Source: an uncultured delta proteobacterium (GTDB taxonomy: Bacteria; Desulfobacterota; RBG-13-43-22). Taken from it: 64,000 bases of DNA. Each line of letters begins with the position of its first letter. Within the stretch, counting starts at the first letter, position 1. This document shows positions 48,676 to 59,924 of the stretch, one piece after another. Position numbers and translations under genes: made by a program. Where the stretch lies: contig CAWDKY010000015.1 in NCBI GenBank assembly GCA_963802945.1, forward strand, positions 416,001 through 480,000, given 5' to 3'. The notes beneath the pieces were generated by a model. That model did no database searches. It was given only the letters and a program-made list of their open reading frames with translations, and was not told the DNA's origin.

Positions 48676-50040
48676 TTAAAAGAGTATACCCAGACATTCC
48701 TGAAGGGATCCGATTCCGATCAATTCTATGGCCGGGTTCTTAGGCGTTTGTTCAAGGTTGTTTTTCGGGAGCAGACAACGGGTAAAGCCCAGTTTTTGGG
48801 CCTCTCTGACCCGTAGCAAAGATTGGCTGACGGCCCGTATTTCCCCGGTTAACCCCACCTCACCAAACAGGACCGTTTGGGCTGATATGGCACGATCCAG
48901 GAAGCTGCCGGCCAGGGCGGCGGCAATACCCAGATCGACGGCCGGTTCATCAATCCGAACGCCTCCAGCCACATTCAGAAAAATATCCTGGTTTAAAAGA
49001 TTAAGTCCGGCTTTTTTTTCCAAAACCGCCACCAAAAGGGAAACCCGGTTGGGATCCACTCCCATAGCTGTTCTCCGGGGGACCCCGAAATTGGTCTGAC
49101 TGACCAGGGCCTGGAGTTCCACCAGGATAGGCCGGGACCCTTCCAGACTGGGGACAACCACCGAACCGGGGACATTCAAGGGCCTTTCGGCCAAGAAGAG
49201 CTGGGAAGGATCTTTGACCTCTGCCAATCCCGAATCCTCCATTTCAAAGACCCCGATCTCATTGGTCGAACCGAAACGATTCTTGACAGCCCGCAAGATT
49301 CGAAAAGCATGCCCCCGTTCCCCTTCAAAATACAAGACCGTATCGACCATATGTTCCAAAACTCGGGGGCCGGCAATAATCCCTTCCTTGGTGACATGAC
49401 CGATCAAAAACAAGGAAGTATCCGAGTTTTTGGCCCAGACCATCAATCTACCGGCCACCTCCCGGACCTGGGAGACACTGCCTGGAGCGGAACTCATATC
49501 TCCCGAATAAATGGTTTGAATGGAATCTATGGCTACAAACCGGGGCTGGAATTCCTTCAAGATTTTAAAAACCGCATCCAACGAGGTCTCGGAAACAACC
49601 AGGACCTGACTTTGACCGGCCCCCAACCGCTCTCCGCGCATCTTGATCTGTTGGATGGACTCCTCTCCGGAAATATACAAGGCTTTTTGTCCCTGACCGG
49701 CCAGCCGATCCAGGACTTGAAGGATCAAAGTGGATTTGCCGATACCCGGATCACCGCCGACCAGGACGGCCGAACCGGGAACCACCCCGCCCCCAAGGAC
49801 CCGGTCCAATTCCTCTATCCCGATTAAGTGGCGCTTTTCATCTTGGCTGGAGACCTCTTGGAGAGGTTGTGGGACGGACTTCCTGCCAGGCCCTTCTTCC
49901 CAGGGATGATCTGTTACTGATCTGGAAAATGATTCTTCGAGCAGACTGTTCCACGTGCCGCAATCCGGACAGCGTCCCAACCATTTGGGACTTTGAAATC
50001 CGCATGATTGACAGGTATATACCGATTTATCGGTTTTCAT
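48676..50040 (-). CDS. radA: DNA repair protein RadA
   Basis: C4 zinc finger, GDPGIGKST, KNRFG motif, Lon-like C-terminus. Confidence 0.97.
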   Translation of the reverse strand: MKTDKSVYTCQSCGFQSPKWLGRCPDCGTWNSLLEESFSRSVTDHPWEEGPGRKSVPQPLQEVSSQDEKRHLIGIEELDRVLGGGVVPGSAVLVGGDPGIGKSTLILQVLDRLAGQGQKALYISGEESIQQIKMRGERLGAGQSQVLVVSETSLDAVFKILKEFQPRFVAIDSIQTIYSGDMSSAPGSVSQVREVAGRLMVWAKNSDTSLFLIGHVTKEGIIAGPRVLEHMVDTVLYFEGERGHAFRILRAVKNRFGSTNEIGVFEMEDSGLAEVKDPSQLFLAERPLNVPGSVVVPSLEGSRPILVELQALVSQTNFGVPRRTAMGVDPNRVSLLVAVLEKKAGLNLLNQDIFLNVAGGVRIDEPAVDLGIAAALAGSFLDRAISAQTVLFGEVGLTGEIRAVSQSLLRVREAQKLGFTRCLLPKNNLEQTPKNPAIELIGIGSLQECLGILF

Positions 50041-50210
50041 GATTGCATTATTGTAATGCAAAAAAAAATAACTTCCAATTTTTATTTTTGAAATTCAACT
50101 TATTTTGACAACTCAATAAAAATATTCATAAATCAGCCACAACCCTAATACTAAGATCAATAGTCTGTCAGGGACCTGATTTTAAAAAGAATGCCGTAAA
50201 TAAAATTAGA

Positions 50211-50240
50211 TTGACATATTGTAGTGTTATCTTTTATTAT
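50211..50240 (+). promoter_or_regulatory. sigma70 promoter for tRNA-Gly and the rimP operon
   Basis: TTGACA, 18 nt, TATTAT, 15 nt upstream of the tRNA. Confidence 0.6.
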
Positions 50241-50255
50241 ACGCTTCTTAAATTA

Positions 50256-50331
50256 GCGGGCATAGCTCAGCTGGTAGAGTACAAGCTTCCCAAGCTTGGT
50301 GTCGCGGGTTCGAATCCCGTTGCCCGCTCCA
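50256..50331 (+). tRNA. tRNA-Gly (CCC)
   Basis: GCGGGCATAGCTCAG...AAGC-TT-CCC-AA-GCTT...GGTTCGAATCC...CCCGCTCCA. Confidence 0.95.
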
Positions 50332-50476
50332 ACTTGGCTGGAGCGGTAGTTCCCTTTTTGAGGTGGGTCTTCGCCTTTGAGCGCCAAAGAGGAGACCATG
50401 ACTTCGAATAGCGGATGAGTTGATATTTACCTGATTTTTTTTGCGAAGACAATATCAATGACTATTCTGCGTTACG

Positions 50477-50502
50477 AAGTGGGCCTCGGCCCATTTTTTT
50501 TT
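50477..50502 (+). terminator. hairpin plus U-tract (attenuator-like) just upstream of rimP
   Basis: TGGGCC-TC-GGCCCA-TTTTTTTTT. Confidence 0.65.
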
Positions 50503-50507
50503 GGTTT

Positions 50508-50978
50508 ATGAGCACAAAAGCTGAAGTCAACCTGGAACAAATAGAAAGAATGGTTGAAGCCCTTCTTAAAGCCGAAGGGCTGGAATTGATTGATCTGGAG
50601 TTTCGAAAAGAAGGGCGTGGCTGGGTACTTCGGATTTTTATGGATAAACCAGGTGGAGTGACCCTGGATGATTGTTCGGAAATAAGCCGGGAATTAGGTG
50701 ACCAGATCGAGGTTGATGAGTTAATCCCTCATTCCTATACTCTGGAAGTTTCTTCTCCAGGATTGGATCGACCTCTTAAAAGAGAAAAAGACTTTCTTCG
50801 CAGTATTGGGAAATTGATTCAACTTTCAACCAAGGTCCCTTTTGAGGGGCAGACCTTTTTTAAGGGTATTCTTTTGGATTACCGGACTTCCGATTGCCTG
50901 CGTCTGGCCGAAACCAAAAAAACCTGGGAAATCCCGGTCGCTTCTATTTCCAAGGCCCGATTGGTTTTTGAGGGCTGA
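50508..50978 (+). CDS. rimP: ribosome maturation factor RimP
   Basis: LRIFMDKPGGVTLDDC, YTLEVSSPGLDRPL. Confidence 0.96.
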   Translation: MSTKAEVNLEQIERMVEALLKAEGLELIDLEFRKEGRGWVLRIFMDKPGGVTLDDCSEISRELGDQIEVDELIPHSYTLEVSSPGLDRPLKREKDFLRSIGKLIQLSTKVPFEGQTFFKGILLDYRTSDCLRLAETKKTWEIPVASISKARLVFEG

Positions 50979-51139
50979 AAATATTTCCATAATAGAGGCC
51001 TATGCTCATTTACGGAAAAGGTCACAAAATAGAAAAATTGGGCCAAGGATTCAAGGGAAGGGTTTTGAATTAAAAACCCTTGATCCCTGTTCCGCCCATG
51101 GCGGGAGCGAACCCTAATAAATTCAAGGAGTCAAAGACG

Positions 51140-52510
51140 ATGGCTTTGATACAGAAAAAGGAAAAAGAATTGGCCGGTATTCCTCCTTTGGAACTGAAGA
51201 GAGTTATTGATCAGGTCAGCAGGGATAAAGGCATTAACAAAGAGGTACTGATATCCACCTTGGTGGAAGCTATTGGATCGGCGGCCAAAAAAAAATTAGG
51301 CTTAAAAACAGAGATCGAGGTCAATTACAACGATGAGCTGGGAGAGATCGAAGTTTTTGAATTCAAGGAGGTCGCCGACAAAGTCAAGGACCCCAACACC
51401 CAGATTTCTCTTGAGGAAGGTAAAAAGCTGGATCCCGAATGTGAGGTCGGAGACAGCCTCGGGATTAAGATGGAGACCAGTTCTTTCGGTCGGATTGCCG
51501 CTCAATCGGCCAAACAAGTGATCATCCAACGGATGAAGGATGTGGAACGGGATATCGTCTTTGAAGATTTTAAAGATAGAAAAGGAGAGGTCATCAACGG
51601 CATTATCCAACGGTTCGACAAAGGGGCGGCCATTATCAACCTGGGTCGGACCGAAGCGATCCTGCCGATCAACGAACAGATACCTACCGAAACCTACAAA
51701 CAAGGGGATCGAGTCCGGGCCTATGTGCTGGAAGTGAAAAAAATCAGCAAAGGCCCTCAGATAGTCCTTTCCAGAACCCATCCCCAGTTTCTGGCTGCCC
51801 TTTTTGAAATGGAGGTTCCGGAAATTTCCCAAAAAATCGTCCGTATTATCAATGTGGTCCGGGAACCGGGGAGCCGTTCAAAAATTGCCGTGGTCAGTGA
51901 TGACAAAGATGTCGATCCGGTCGGGGCCTGCGTAGGAATGAAAGGGAATCGCGTTCAATATGTGGTTCAGGAGCTAAAAGGTGAAAAGATCGATATCATT
52001 TCCTGGAATCCGGATCCGGCCAAATTTACCTGTAACGCCCTGGCGCCGGCCGAGATCATTCGGGTTATCATTGATGAAGTCAATCGCTCCATGGAAGTGG
52101 TAGTGCCCGATGAACAATTGTCACTGGCCATTGGAAAAAGGGGCCAGAATGTCCGCTTGGCCTCCCGCTTGACCGGCTGGAAGATTGATGTCAAGAGTGA
52201 ATCGAAATATACCAAATCCATGCGAGACGGGTATCAATCTTTGCTGCAGATAACCGGGGTAGGAGAAGCCACGGCTGACTCTCTGTATAAGGGAGGGTTT
52301 GGATCGGCCAGGGAAGTGGCTGAATCCAATCTCGACGAGTTGGTGCAGGTTTCCGGAATAACCCCTAAAAAAGCTGAAAAATTACTAGAATCCGCTAAGG
52401 ACTATCTGAAAATTACGCAACCTAAAGACCCTCAGGTTGATCCTGAGGCAACCGAAGATAAGGGGTTGGGGACGACCTCTGTAAAAGGAGATGAGGTCCC
52501 AGTTGAATGA
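51140..52510 (+). CDS. nusA: transcription factor NusA
   Basis: [40 protein letters not shown]. Confidence 0.97.
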   Translation: MALIQKKEKELAGIPPLELKRVIDQVSRDKGINKEVLISTLVEAIGSAAKKKLGLKTEIEVNYNDELGEIEVFEFKEVADKVKDPNTQISLEEGKKLDPECEVGDSLGIKMETSSFGRIAAQSAKQVIIQRMKDVERDIVFEDFKDRKGEVINGIIQRFDKGAAIINLGRTEAILPINEQIPTETYKQGDRVRAYVLEVKKISKGPQIVLSRTHPQFLAALFEMEVPEISQKIVRIINVVREPGSRSKIAVVSDDKDVDPVGACVGMKGNRVQYVVQELKGEKIDIISWNPDPAKFTCNALAPAEIIRVIIDEVNRSMEVVVPDEQLSLAIGKRGQNVRLASRLTGWKIDVKSESKYTKSMRDGYQSLLQITGVGEATADSLYKGGFGSAREVAESNLDELVQVSGITPKKAEKLLESAKDYLKITQPKDPQVDPEATEDKGLGTTSVKGDEVPVE

Positions 52511-52791
52511 CTCATTTAATCGGGCAAAGGACTTGTCGGGTTTGCCGAAAAAAAAAGGACAAAAAGGAATTGTTGAGGATGGTCATTCTCGATACAAAAA
52601 CCTTAGAGCTTGATCCCAAACAAATCATACCGGGACGAGGGTGGTATCTGTGCCGGAGGGAGACCTGTCTGTCTGGCTTGAAGGCCGCCAAGAACCGGCA
52701 TAAGGCCTTTGGCCGTGACTTGGAGATCGGCCCCAGATTGAATAACTTTTTAATGGTTCCGCCGGCAGGGGGGGTAAATGGCCAAAATTAG
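52507..52791 (+). CDS. YlxR/RnpM (DUF448) family protein
   Basis: RTCRVCRKKKDKKELLR, GRGWYLC; located between nusA and infB. Confidence 0.88.
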   Translation: MTHLIGQRTCRVCRKKKDKKELLRMVILDTKTLELDPKQIIPGRGWYLCRRETCLSGLKAAKNRHKAFGRDLEIGPRLNNFLMVPPAGGVNGQN

Positions 52792-55350
52792 AGTCTATGA
52801 ATTAGCCAAAGAACTACACATGGAGAACAAGGCCCTGATGGACCTTATTCATGAGCTAGGGATCGAAATCAAAAGTCATTCTTCGTCTCTAACTGACGAA
52901 CAGATTTCCCTAATCAAAGGTCATCTGAAAGGGACTAAATCCCTGGTTGTTGAAGAACAGCGGATCAAATCTACGGTCATCCGCCGGCGAAGAAAGATCG
53001 TAGAGGTCGAACCGGTCATTGAACCACCGGCAGAAGAACCGATTCCAGAACCTCAGCCGGAACCGAAACGGCCGAAGGGAAAGGTTGTCCAAGAGGAACC
53101 CCCCATAGGACCGATTACTGAAAGGGTTGTTAAAAAACAGCCAAAACCGGCTAAAGAAAAAGAAAGGAAATCGCCCAACCCATTCTGTACCAAACTCATC
53201 CGGGTAAGCCTCTTAAGCCGGCGAAAGAACCCCAGCCAAAGTGATTCGCCGGGCCGAACACCGGCCAAGTGATCCGGCCGGCGGAACCGGTCGTTAAATT
53301 GGTTCAACCTCATCGGCCTCCCAGTCCCGGTATTAAACCGGAAGAAAAAAGGGACGACAAGCCAGGTAAAGAGGTTTCAAAAGACAAAATATCCCCCAAA
53401 AAGAAGCAAAAAATCGGAAAAATTACAGCCGAGGAAGAAACCGCCAAAGCCAAAATCTTTAAAAAGAAGAGAGAGATTTTTGAACGGGCGGACCTGTATG
53501 ACGAATCGGGAAAAGAGGCCAGGGCCTACAGGCCCGGCAAAGGGGGAAAGTTACCGGTTAAAAAATTTAAGAAAACGGAAATTACCACCCCCAAAGCGAT
53601 CAAACGCCGTTTAAAGATATCTGAGGCCATCAACGTGGGAGAACTGGCCAAGAGAATGGGCATTAAATCAGGAGATCTCATTAAAAAAATGATCACCTTA
53701 GGACTTATGGTTACATTAAACCAATCGATTGATTTTGATACAGCCGCTATAGCGGCAGCTGAATTCGGTTTCGAAGCGGAAAAAGTTTATCTTGAGGAAG
53801 AACAAATATTAAAACTTCATGCCGATCGCCTGGAAGAACTCCAGACCCGGCCTCCGGTGGTCACCATTATGGGACATGTGGACCATGGAAAAACCTCTTT
53901 GTTGGATGTTATTCGAAAAACCAATGTTACCGCCGGGGAGGCTGGAGGAATCACCCAACATATCGGGGCCTATCATGTTCGTTTGGACAAGGGGGAAATC
54001 GTTTTCCTGGATACCCCCGGTCATGAAGCCTTCACGGCCATGAGGGCCCGAGGAGCCCAAATAACGGATATTGTCATCCTGGTAGTGGCCGCAGAAGACG
54101 GAATGATGCAGCAAACCAAAGAGGCCATTGATCATTCCCGGGCGGCCGGCGTTCCCATCATCGTGGCCATTAATAAAATCGACAAACCCGATGCCAATCC
54201 GGACCGGGTCAAGAGACAGTTGGCCGATTACGGATTGTCTCCTGAGGAGTGGGGTGGAGACACGATTTTTGCCGAAGTATCGGCTAAAACCGGTAAGGGT
54301 GTGGACAATCTATTGGAATTAATCCTTTTGCAGGCGGAGGTGCTGGAGTTAAAGGCCAATCCCAACAAATTGGCTATGGGAAGGATCGTGGAAGCCCGGC
54401 TGGATAAAGGCCGGGGACCGGTTGCTACCGTGCTTATTTCAGGAGGCGTTTTAAAAACAGGTGACCCCTTTGTCTGCGGGATCCAATTTGGAAAGGTCCG
54501 GGCCCTTTATAATGATTGGGGGCAGAAGGTGGATCAAGCCTTGCCCTCGATACCGGTTGAAGTCCATGGATTTAGCGGTGTTCCCTTAGCTGGAGATGAA
54601 TTTGTCGTTTGTGAAGATGAAAAAACCGCCAGACAGATCGCCTTTTACCGCCTCCAGAAAAAGAGGGAGGCCGAACTTTCCAAGACCAGCAAGGTTACCC
54701 TGGAAAAGCTTTATGAACAAATTCAGGAAGGACAGGTCAAAGAATTGAATCTCATTCTCAAGGCTGACGTCCAGGGTTCGCTTGAAGCGATCAGCGAGGC
54801 TTTGCAAAAATTGAGCACTCCAGCCATCAAGGTCAATGTAATCCACAGCTCTCCGGGAGCGATCACGGAGACCGATATCATGCTGGCCTCGGCATCCAAG
54901 GCCATTATCATCGGATTCAATGTCCGGCCGAACCCGAAAGGACAGGAGATGGTGGAGCAAGAACAGGTGGATGTCCGGTATTACGATATCATCTACCAAT
55001 TGATTTCGGATGTCAAAGACGCCATGGTCGGTCTGCTGGAACCGATTCACAAAGAAATTGTTCAAGGGCAAGCCGAAATCCGGGAACTTTTTCATGTGCC
55101 CAAAGTGGGGACGATTGCCGGAAGTTTTGTGATCGAAGGGAAGATTGAAAGAAATGCCAAGGCCCGTCTTCTGAGAGACCAGGTGGTGATCTATGATGGC
55201 CGAATCGCTTCCCTCAGACGGGTCAAAGACGACGTAAAAGAGGTCCTGGCCGGTTATGAATGTGGCATCAACCTGGAAAATTTTAATGACCTCAAAGTGG
55301 GTGATGTTGTTGAGGCCTATATACTTGAGGATGTAAAGCCGGAACTATAA
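52778..55350 (+). CDS. infB: translation initiation factor IF-2, apparent frameshift(s) at about 53160-53270
   Basis: [14 protein letters not shown]-terminus in one ORF; [17 protein letters not shown] in the next. Confidence 0.93.
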
Positions 55351-55449
55351 TGTTGAGTGCGGATTTCGGATTAGGTATTGCGAAATATGGGAAAAAAACA
55401 AAAAAAGATAACCAATATCATTTGAGGTTCTTGTAAAAGCCTCTTGGAC

Positions 55450-55476
55450 GTCATTCCGGCGGAAGCCGGAATCCAG
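55450..55476. repeat. REP-like unit, copy 3 (single arm)
   Basis: GTCATTCCGGCGGAAGCCGGAATCCAG. Confidence 0.7.
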
Positions 55477-55578
55477 TTTTTGTTTATTAATTAAACGCCC
55501 TTCGACGAACGAAATATTTGCCAATTTGGCATTGTGCTTCCATTTTTTTCTTAATCCCTTAAATGGGTAAGACGAACC

Positions 55579-55866
55579 ATGGTCATCGGTATCCTGGAAA
55601 TGATCCTTTATCTGCCGGAATCTCATTCCCTGAAGGACAAGCGCCAGGTCGTCAAAAGCGTAAAGGATAAAGTCCATCACCGATTTAATGTGGCCATTGC
55701 CGAAGTGGACGACCTGGATTTATGGCAAAAGGCCCGTTTGGGGGTTTGCAGCCTGGGTAATGATCGACGGCAGGTCAACGGTCGGTTGGATCAGGTGATC
55801 AATTTCATAGAACGGTTGCAGGTGGCGGTTGATATTGATACGCACATCGAACTGCTTGATTATTAA
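55579..55866 (+). CDS. DUF503 family protein
   Basis: HSLKDKRQVVKS...FNVAIAEVDDLDLWQ. Confidence 0.92.
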   Translation: MVIGILEMILYLPESHSLKDKRQVVKSVKDKVHHRFNVAIAEVDDLDLWQKARLGVCSLGNDRRQVNGRLDQVINFIERLQVAVDIDTHIELLDY

Positions 55867-55911
55867 CTGATGAGGGCTGAGTGGGGAATTTTTAGTTAGG
55901 AGATATTAGTT

Positions 55912-55962
55912 TAGAGTCCGGAGTTCGGAGTAAAATCTCACAACTCCGAACTCCGGACTCTA
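55912..55962. repeat. heptamer-based inverted repeat (hairpin)
   Basis: TAGAGTCCGGAGTTCGGAGT ... ACTCCGAACTCCGGACTCTA. Confidence 0.7.
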
Positions 55963-56002
55963 AACTGAAGTTACAAAATCCTCTGACCCCAGGAAAACGA
56001 TA

Positions 56003-56380
56003 ATGCAGTCTAACTCTTCAAAGCCCAAAAGGACGATACAAATCGGGGGATTGATCCAGCAGGAAATTTCAGAGTTGCTGGTCCGGAAAATAAAAGATCC
56101 CCGACTGGAAATGGTGACCATCACCGGCGTTGAGGTTTCGCCCGACCTGAAGCTGGCCCGGGTCTATTTCAGCCGGTTTGGAAATCCGGATGAAGTTCGG
56201 CGAGGGCTGGAAGGCCTTCAGAGTGCCGCAGGTTTTATTAAACGGGAACTGGGACAGCGCATGAAACTGCGGCGGGTTCCCGATTTGGAATTTAAACACG
56301 ATACTTCCTTTGAATATGGAGACCGGATCGAGTCGATATTAAAAGATTTATATCCGGACAAAGAACCTGTTGAATCATGA
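56003..56380 (+). CDS. rbfA: ribosome-binding factor A
   Basis: IKDPRL, VSPDLKLARVY, LRRVPDLEF. Confidence 0.96.
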   Translation: MQSNSSKPKRTIQIGGLIQQEISELLVRKIKDPRLEMVTITGVEVSPDLKLARVYFSRFGNPDEVRRGLEGLQSAAGFIKRELGQRMKLRRVPDLEFKHDTSFEYGDRIESILKDLYPDKEPVES

Positions 56381-57333
56381 GAACTATAAATTCTAAGCCC
56401 GTCCTAACCGCCTTTTCCGAACCATCGATCTGGGAAGGAATTTTAGTGGTGGACAAACCGGCGGGGATGACGTCCAACCGGGTGCTCCAAATCCTCCGGA
56501 AGATCGCCGACTTTCAAAAAATGGGCCATCTGGGAACGCTGGACCCGATCGCCACCGGGGTATTGCCTGTTTGTATCGGCTGGGCGACCAAGATCATCCC
56601 TTTTATTCCCGACCACACCAAGGGATATCGGGCCGTCATGGTCTTAGGAAAAAAGACGGACACCCAGGATGCGACCGGTCAGGTAATAATGACTTATCCA
56701 CTCGCACTGCCTGGTCGAAAAAGAATAGAGGATGTTTTTGAGGAATTCATCGGCCTTCAGGACCAGGTGCCCCCTTCATTTTCGGCCCTGAAATATAAAG
56801 GAAAACCTTTGTATCACTGGGCCAGGCAGGGGATAACGATCGTCAAACCGCCGCGGCTGATTACTATTGATTCCATTAAGATCCTGAACGTGGAAGGAGA
56901 ACGCGTGGCCTTTGAAGTTTTTTGTTCTCCAGGGACTTATATCCGGACGCTTTGCAATGATGTTGGGGACCGGTTGGGGTGCGGCGCCTATTTGGAGGAA
57001 TTGCAGCGGATTCAAAGCGGGCCTTTTATCCTTTCTCAAGCCCTGACTTTGGAAAAGATCCAAAACCTTTCTTTCCCGGAAGAAATCGAGGCCCATAAAA
57101 TCCCGATTGAGAAGATCTTGCAGAATCTTCCTCAAATCTGTGTGGAGTGGCAATGGAAAGAAAAAATTAAACAGGGAGGATTTTTGACCCCGGACCAGGG
57201 TATTTCCCCCTGGCCTCAAGTCGAACCCGGGGTGCCGATCTGTGTAAAAAGCCCTAAGGATGAATTGTGGGCCATTTATCAAAGAGAAAGGGATGCCAAA
57301 CTTATTTTTAAACCTATTAGGGTTATTATTTAA
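56377..57333 (+). CDS. truB: tRNA pseudouridine(55) synthase
   Basis: DKPAGMTS, GHLGTLDPIATGVL, GTYIRTL. Confidence 0.96.
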   Translation: MRTINSKPVLTAFSEPSIWEGILVVDKPAGMTSNRVLQILRKIADFQKMGHLGTLDPIATGVLPVCIGWATKIIPFIPDHTKGYRAVMVLGKKTDTQDATGQVIMTYPLALPGRKRIEDVFEEFIGLQDQVPPSFSALKYKGKPLYHWARQGITIVKPPRLITIDSIKILNVEGERVAFEVFCSPGTYIRTLCNDVGDRLGCGAYLEELQRIQSGPFILSQALTLEKIQNLSFPEEIEAHKIPIEKILQNLPQICVEWQWKEKIKQGGFLTPDQGISPWPQVEPGVPICVKSPKDELWAIYQRERDAKLIFKPIRVII

Positions 57334-57337
57334 ATAC

Positions 57338-57455
57338 GGGTCCAGGATTCGAGGATTCAAGTGTGTTAATTTCTATGCCTTTCACTCCGCCCTGCGGTCC
57401 TTGACCGTCTCGGCTGATCTCGTCGCAGGCCCTTGAATCCTTGAATCCTATTTTA
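57338..57455. repeat. dispersed intergenic repeat family, copy 3 (mosaic orientation)
   Basis: Contains the reverse complement of the 8419-8446 core and direct similarity to 48610-48672. Confidence 0.7.
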
Positions 57456-57517
57456 GTTTGAAGCTGCCCGTCTTAGACAGGCAAGAACATTTATTTAATT
57501 TTTAAAGGAGGTATATC

Positions 57518-57787
57518 GTGGGATTATATGCGGAACAAAAAAAAGAAATTCTGGGCAAATTCGGGGTACACCCCACAGACACCGGTTCCCCAGAGATTCA
57601 AATTGCCTTATTAAGTGAACGGATCAAATATCTGACTGAACACTTTAAAACCCACCAGAAGGATCACCACTCCCGACGGGGGCTGCTCAAACTGGTGGGT
57701 CAACGCAAACGGATGTTGAGTTATTTAAGAAAGAAAGATGCCGAGCGGTATCGAAACCTCATACAAGAATTAGGGATTCGCAAGTAA
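57518..57787 (+). CDS. rpsO: 30S ribosomal protein S15
   Basis: [26 protein letters not shown]. Confidence 0.98.
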   Translation: MGLYAEQKKEILGKFGVHPTDTGSPEIQIALLSERIKYLTEHFKTHQKDHHSRRGLLKLVGQRKRMLSYLRKKDAERYRNLIQELGIRK

Positions 57788-57821
57788 AGTTTATTGCTTT
57801 CCTTATAAGGAGCATACAGCG

Positions 57822-59924
57822 ATGGTTCATGTAGTGACTACCGAAATAAATGGAAGGACCTTGAGTATTGAAACCGGCCGGGTGGCCAATCAGGCCGGCG
57901 GTGCTGTTCTGGTTCAATACGGGGAAACGATTGTCTTGGTTACAGTGGTATCCTCCAACGATATCCGGGAAGGGATCGATTTTCTGCCCTTGACGGTTGA
58001 TTATCAGGAGATGGCTTATGCCGCCGGAAAGATTCCGGGCAGTTTTTTCCGCAGGGAAATCGGCCGGCCGAGTGAAAAAGAAACCTTGACTTCCCGTTTG
58101 ATTGACCGCCCTTTACGTCCCCTTTTTCCCAAGGGGTATCGTAACGAAACACAGGTCATCGCCACGGTGCTTTCCGTGGATCAGGAAAACGATCCTGATG
58201 TCCTGGCCCTGGTCGGTGCTTCAGCCGCCTTAGAGGTCTCGGATATCCCTTTTGACGGGCCGATTGCCGGGATCAGGGTGGGCCGCCTCAATGGAGAATT
58301 GATTTTAAACCCCACCAATTCTCAGTTGATCGACAGCGATATCAACCTGATCGTGGCCGGCACCCGGGAGGCCGTGGTCATGGTGGAAGGCGTGGCCAAG
58401 GAGGTCCCGGAAGAAGATCTGGTGCAGGCTGTTTTTTACGGCCATCAGGGGATTCAAGCAATCCTCGATCTCCAGAAAAAACTGGGACTGGCTGTGGGCA
58501 CCACCAAAAAGGCATTTCCTGCTCCGGTGGAAGATGCTGCCTTAAAGGCTAAGGTTTTTGAAATGGCCCAGGCGCCTTTAAAAGAGGCTTTGACCCTCAA
58601 CGGGAAAAAAGAGCGTCAGGAACGTATTCATGAAATTCAGGAAGACCTCTTGAAAGAGTTAACCCAGGGCGACCCGGAAAACCCGGATACCCAAAAAGCA
58701 ATCAATAAATTCTTCGAAGAGCTGGAACGGCAGTTGATTCGCGATATGATCCTGAAGCAAAAAACCAGGATCGGTGGAAGGACCTATAATGAAGTCCGGC
58801 CCATCTCCTGTGAGGTGGCGGTTTTACCCAGGACCCATGGATCGGCCCTCTTTACCCGGGGGGAAACCCAGGCCCTGGCTGTAACCACTTTGGGGACTTC
58901 CTCGGATGAACAACGGATCGATTCGTTAAACGGGGAATCCTTCAAGTCTTTTATGCTCCATTATAATTTTCCGCCTTTTTCGGTCGGAGAGGCCCGGATG
59001 CTGCGGGGCCCCGGCCGGCGTGAGATCGGACACGGGGCCTTGGCCGAAAGGGCTTTGAAACCCATGCTGCCGTCCAATGAAGATTTTCCTTATACGATCC
59101 GCATTGTCTCGGAGATATTGGAGTCCAACGGCTCATCCTCCATGGCCACGGTCTGCGGGGCGAGTCTGGCTTTGATGGACGCCGGCGTACCCATTAAATC
59201 TCATGTGGCCGGAGTGGCCATGGGATTGATTCTGGAACAGGGCCAGGTGGCGGTTCTGACCGATATCCTGGGCGATGAAGATCATTGCGGGGACATGGAT
59301 TTCAAGGTCACCGGCACGGAAAAGGGGGTTACGGCCCTGCAAATGGACATCAAGATTCAAGGGGTAACTCAGGAAATCATGGGCCAAGCCCTTAGCCAGG
59401 CCAAGGAGGGGAGGCTGTCCATCCTCGGTTTGATGAACAAGACCATCCAGCAGCCCAGGACCAGCATCTCCGATTATGCCCCCAAGATCACCACCATAGA
59501 AATCAATCCGGAAAAGATCAGGGAAGTGATCGGCCCGGGCGGAAAGGTCATCCGGTCCATCGTTGCCGAGACCGGGGCCAAGATCGAGGTGGAGGATTCC
59601 GGAAAAATCATCATCGCCTCTTCTGATAGCAAGAGTGTGGATCGGGCCATTGCCATGATCAAAGAGATCGTTCAGGAGGTAGAGATCGGGCAGCTTTACA
59701 TGGGCAAGGTGATCAAGATCATGGACTTCGGGGCCTTTGTCGAGGTCTTACCCGGCACCGAAGGTCTGGTCCATATCTCCCAACTGGACAATCATCATGT
59801 CAAGAAGGTGACCGATGTGCTCAAGGAAGGCGATGAAGTCCTGGTCAAGGTCCTGGAAGTGGACCGGCAGGGCAAGATAAGGTTAAGTCGCAAGGCCGCC
59901 TTGGGCCAGACACTTCCCCAAAAA
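57822..59924 (+). CDS. pnp: polyribonucleotide nucleotidyltransferase (in frame with the downstream M16 peptidase in this sequence)
   Basis: Two RNase PH domains, [20 protein letters not shown] and S1 domains. Confidence 0.96.

Noticed and set aside
50211-50458. ORFs 50211-50411 and 50267-50458
   Set aside because: Shadow translations of tRNA-Gly
57464-57484. S15 autoregulatory leader hairpin
   Set aside because: A small stem exists, but it cannot be matched to a known rpsO leader without a covariance search
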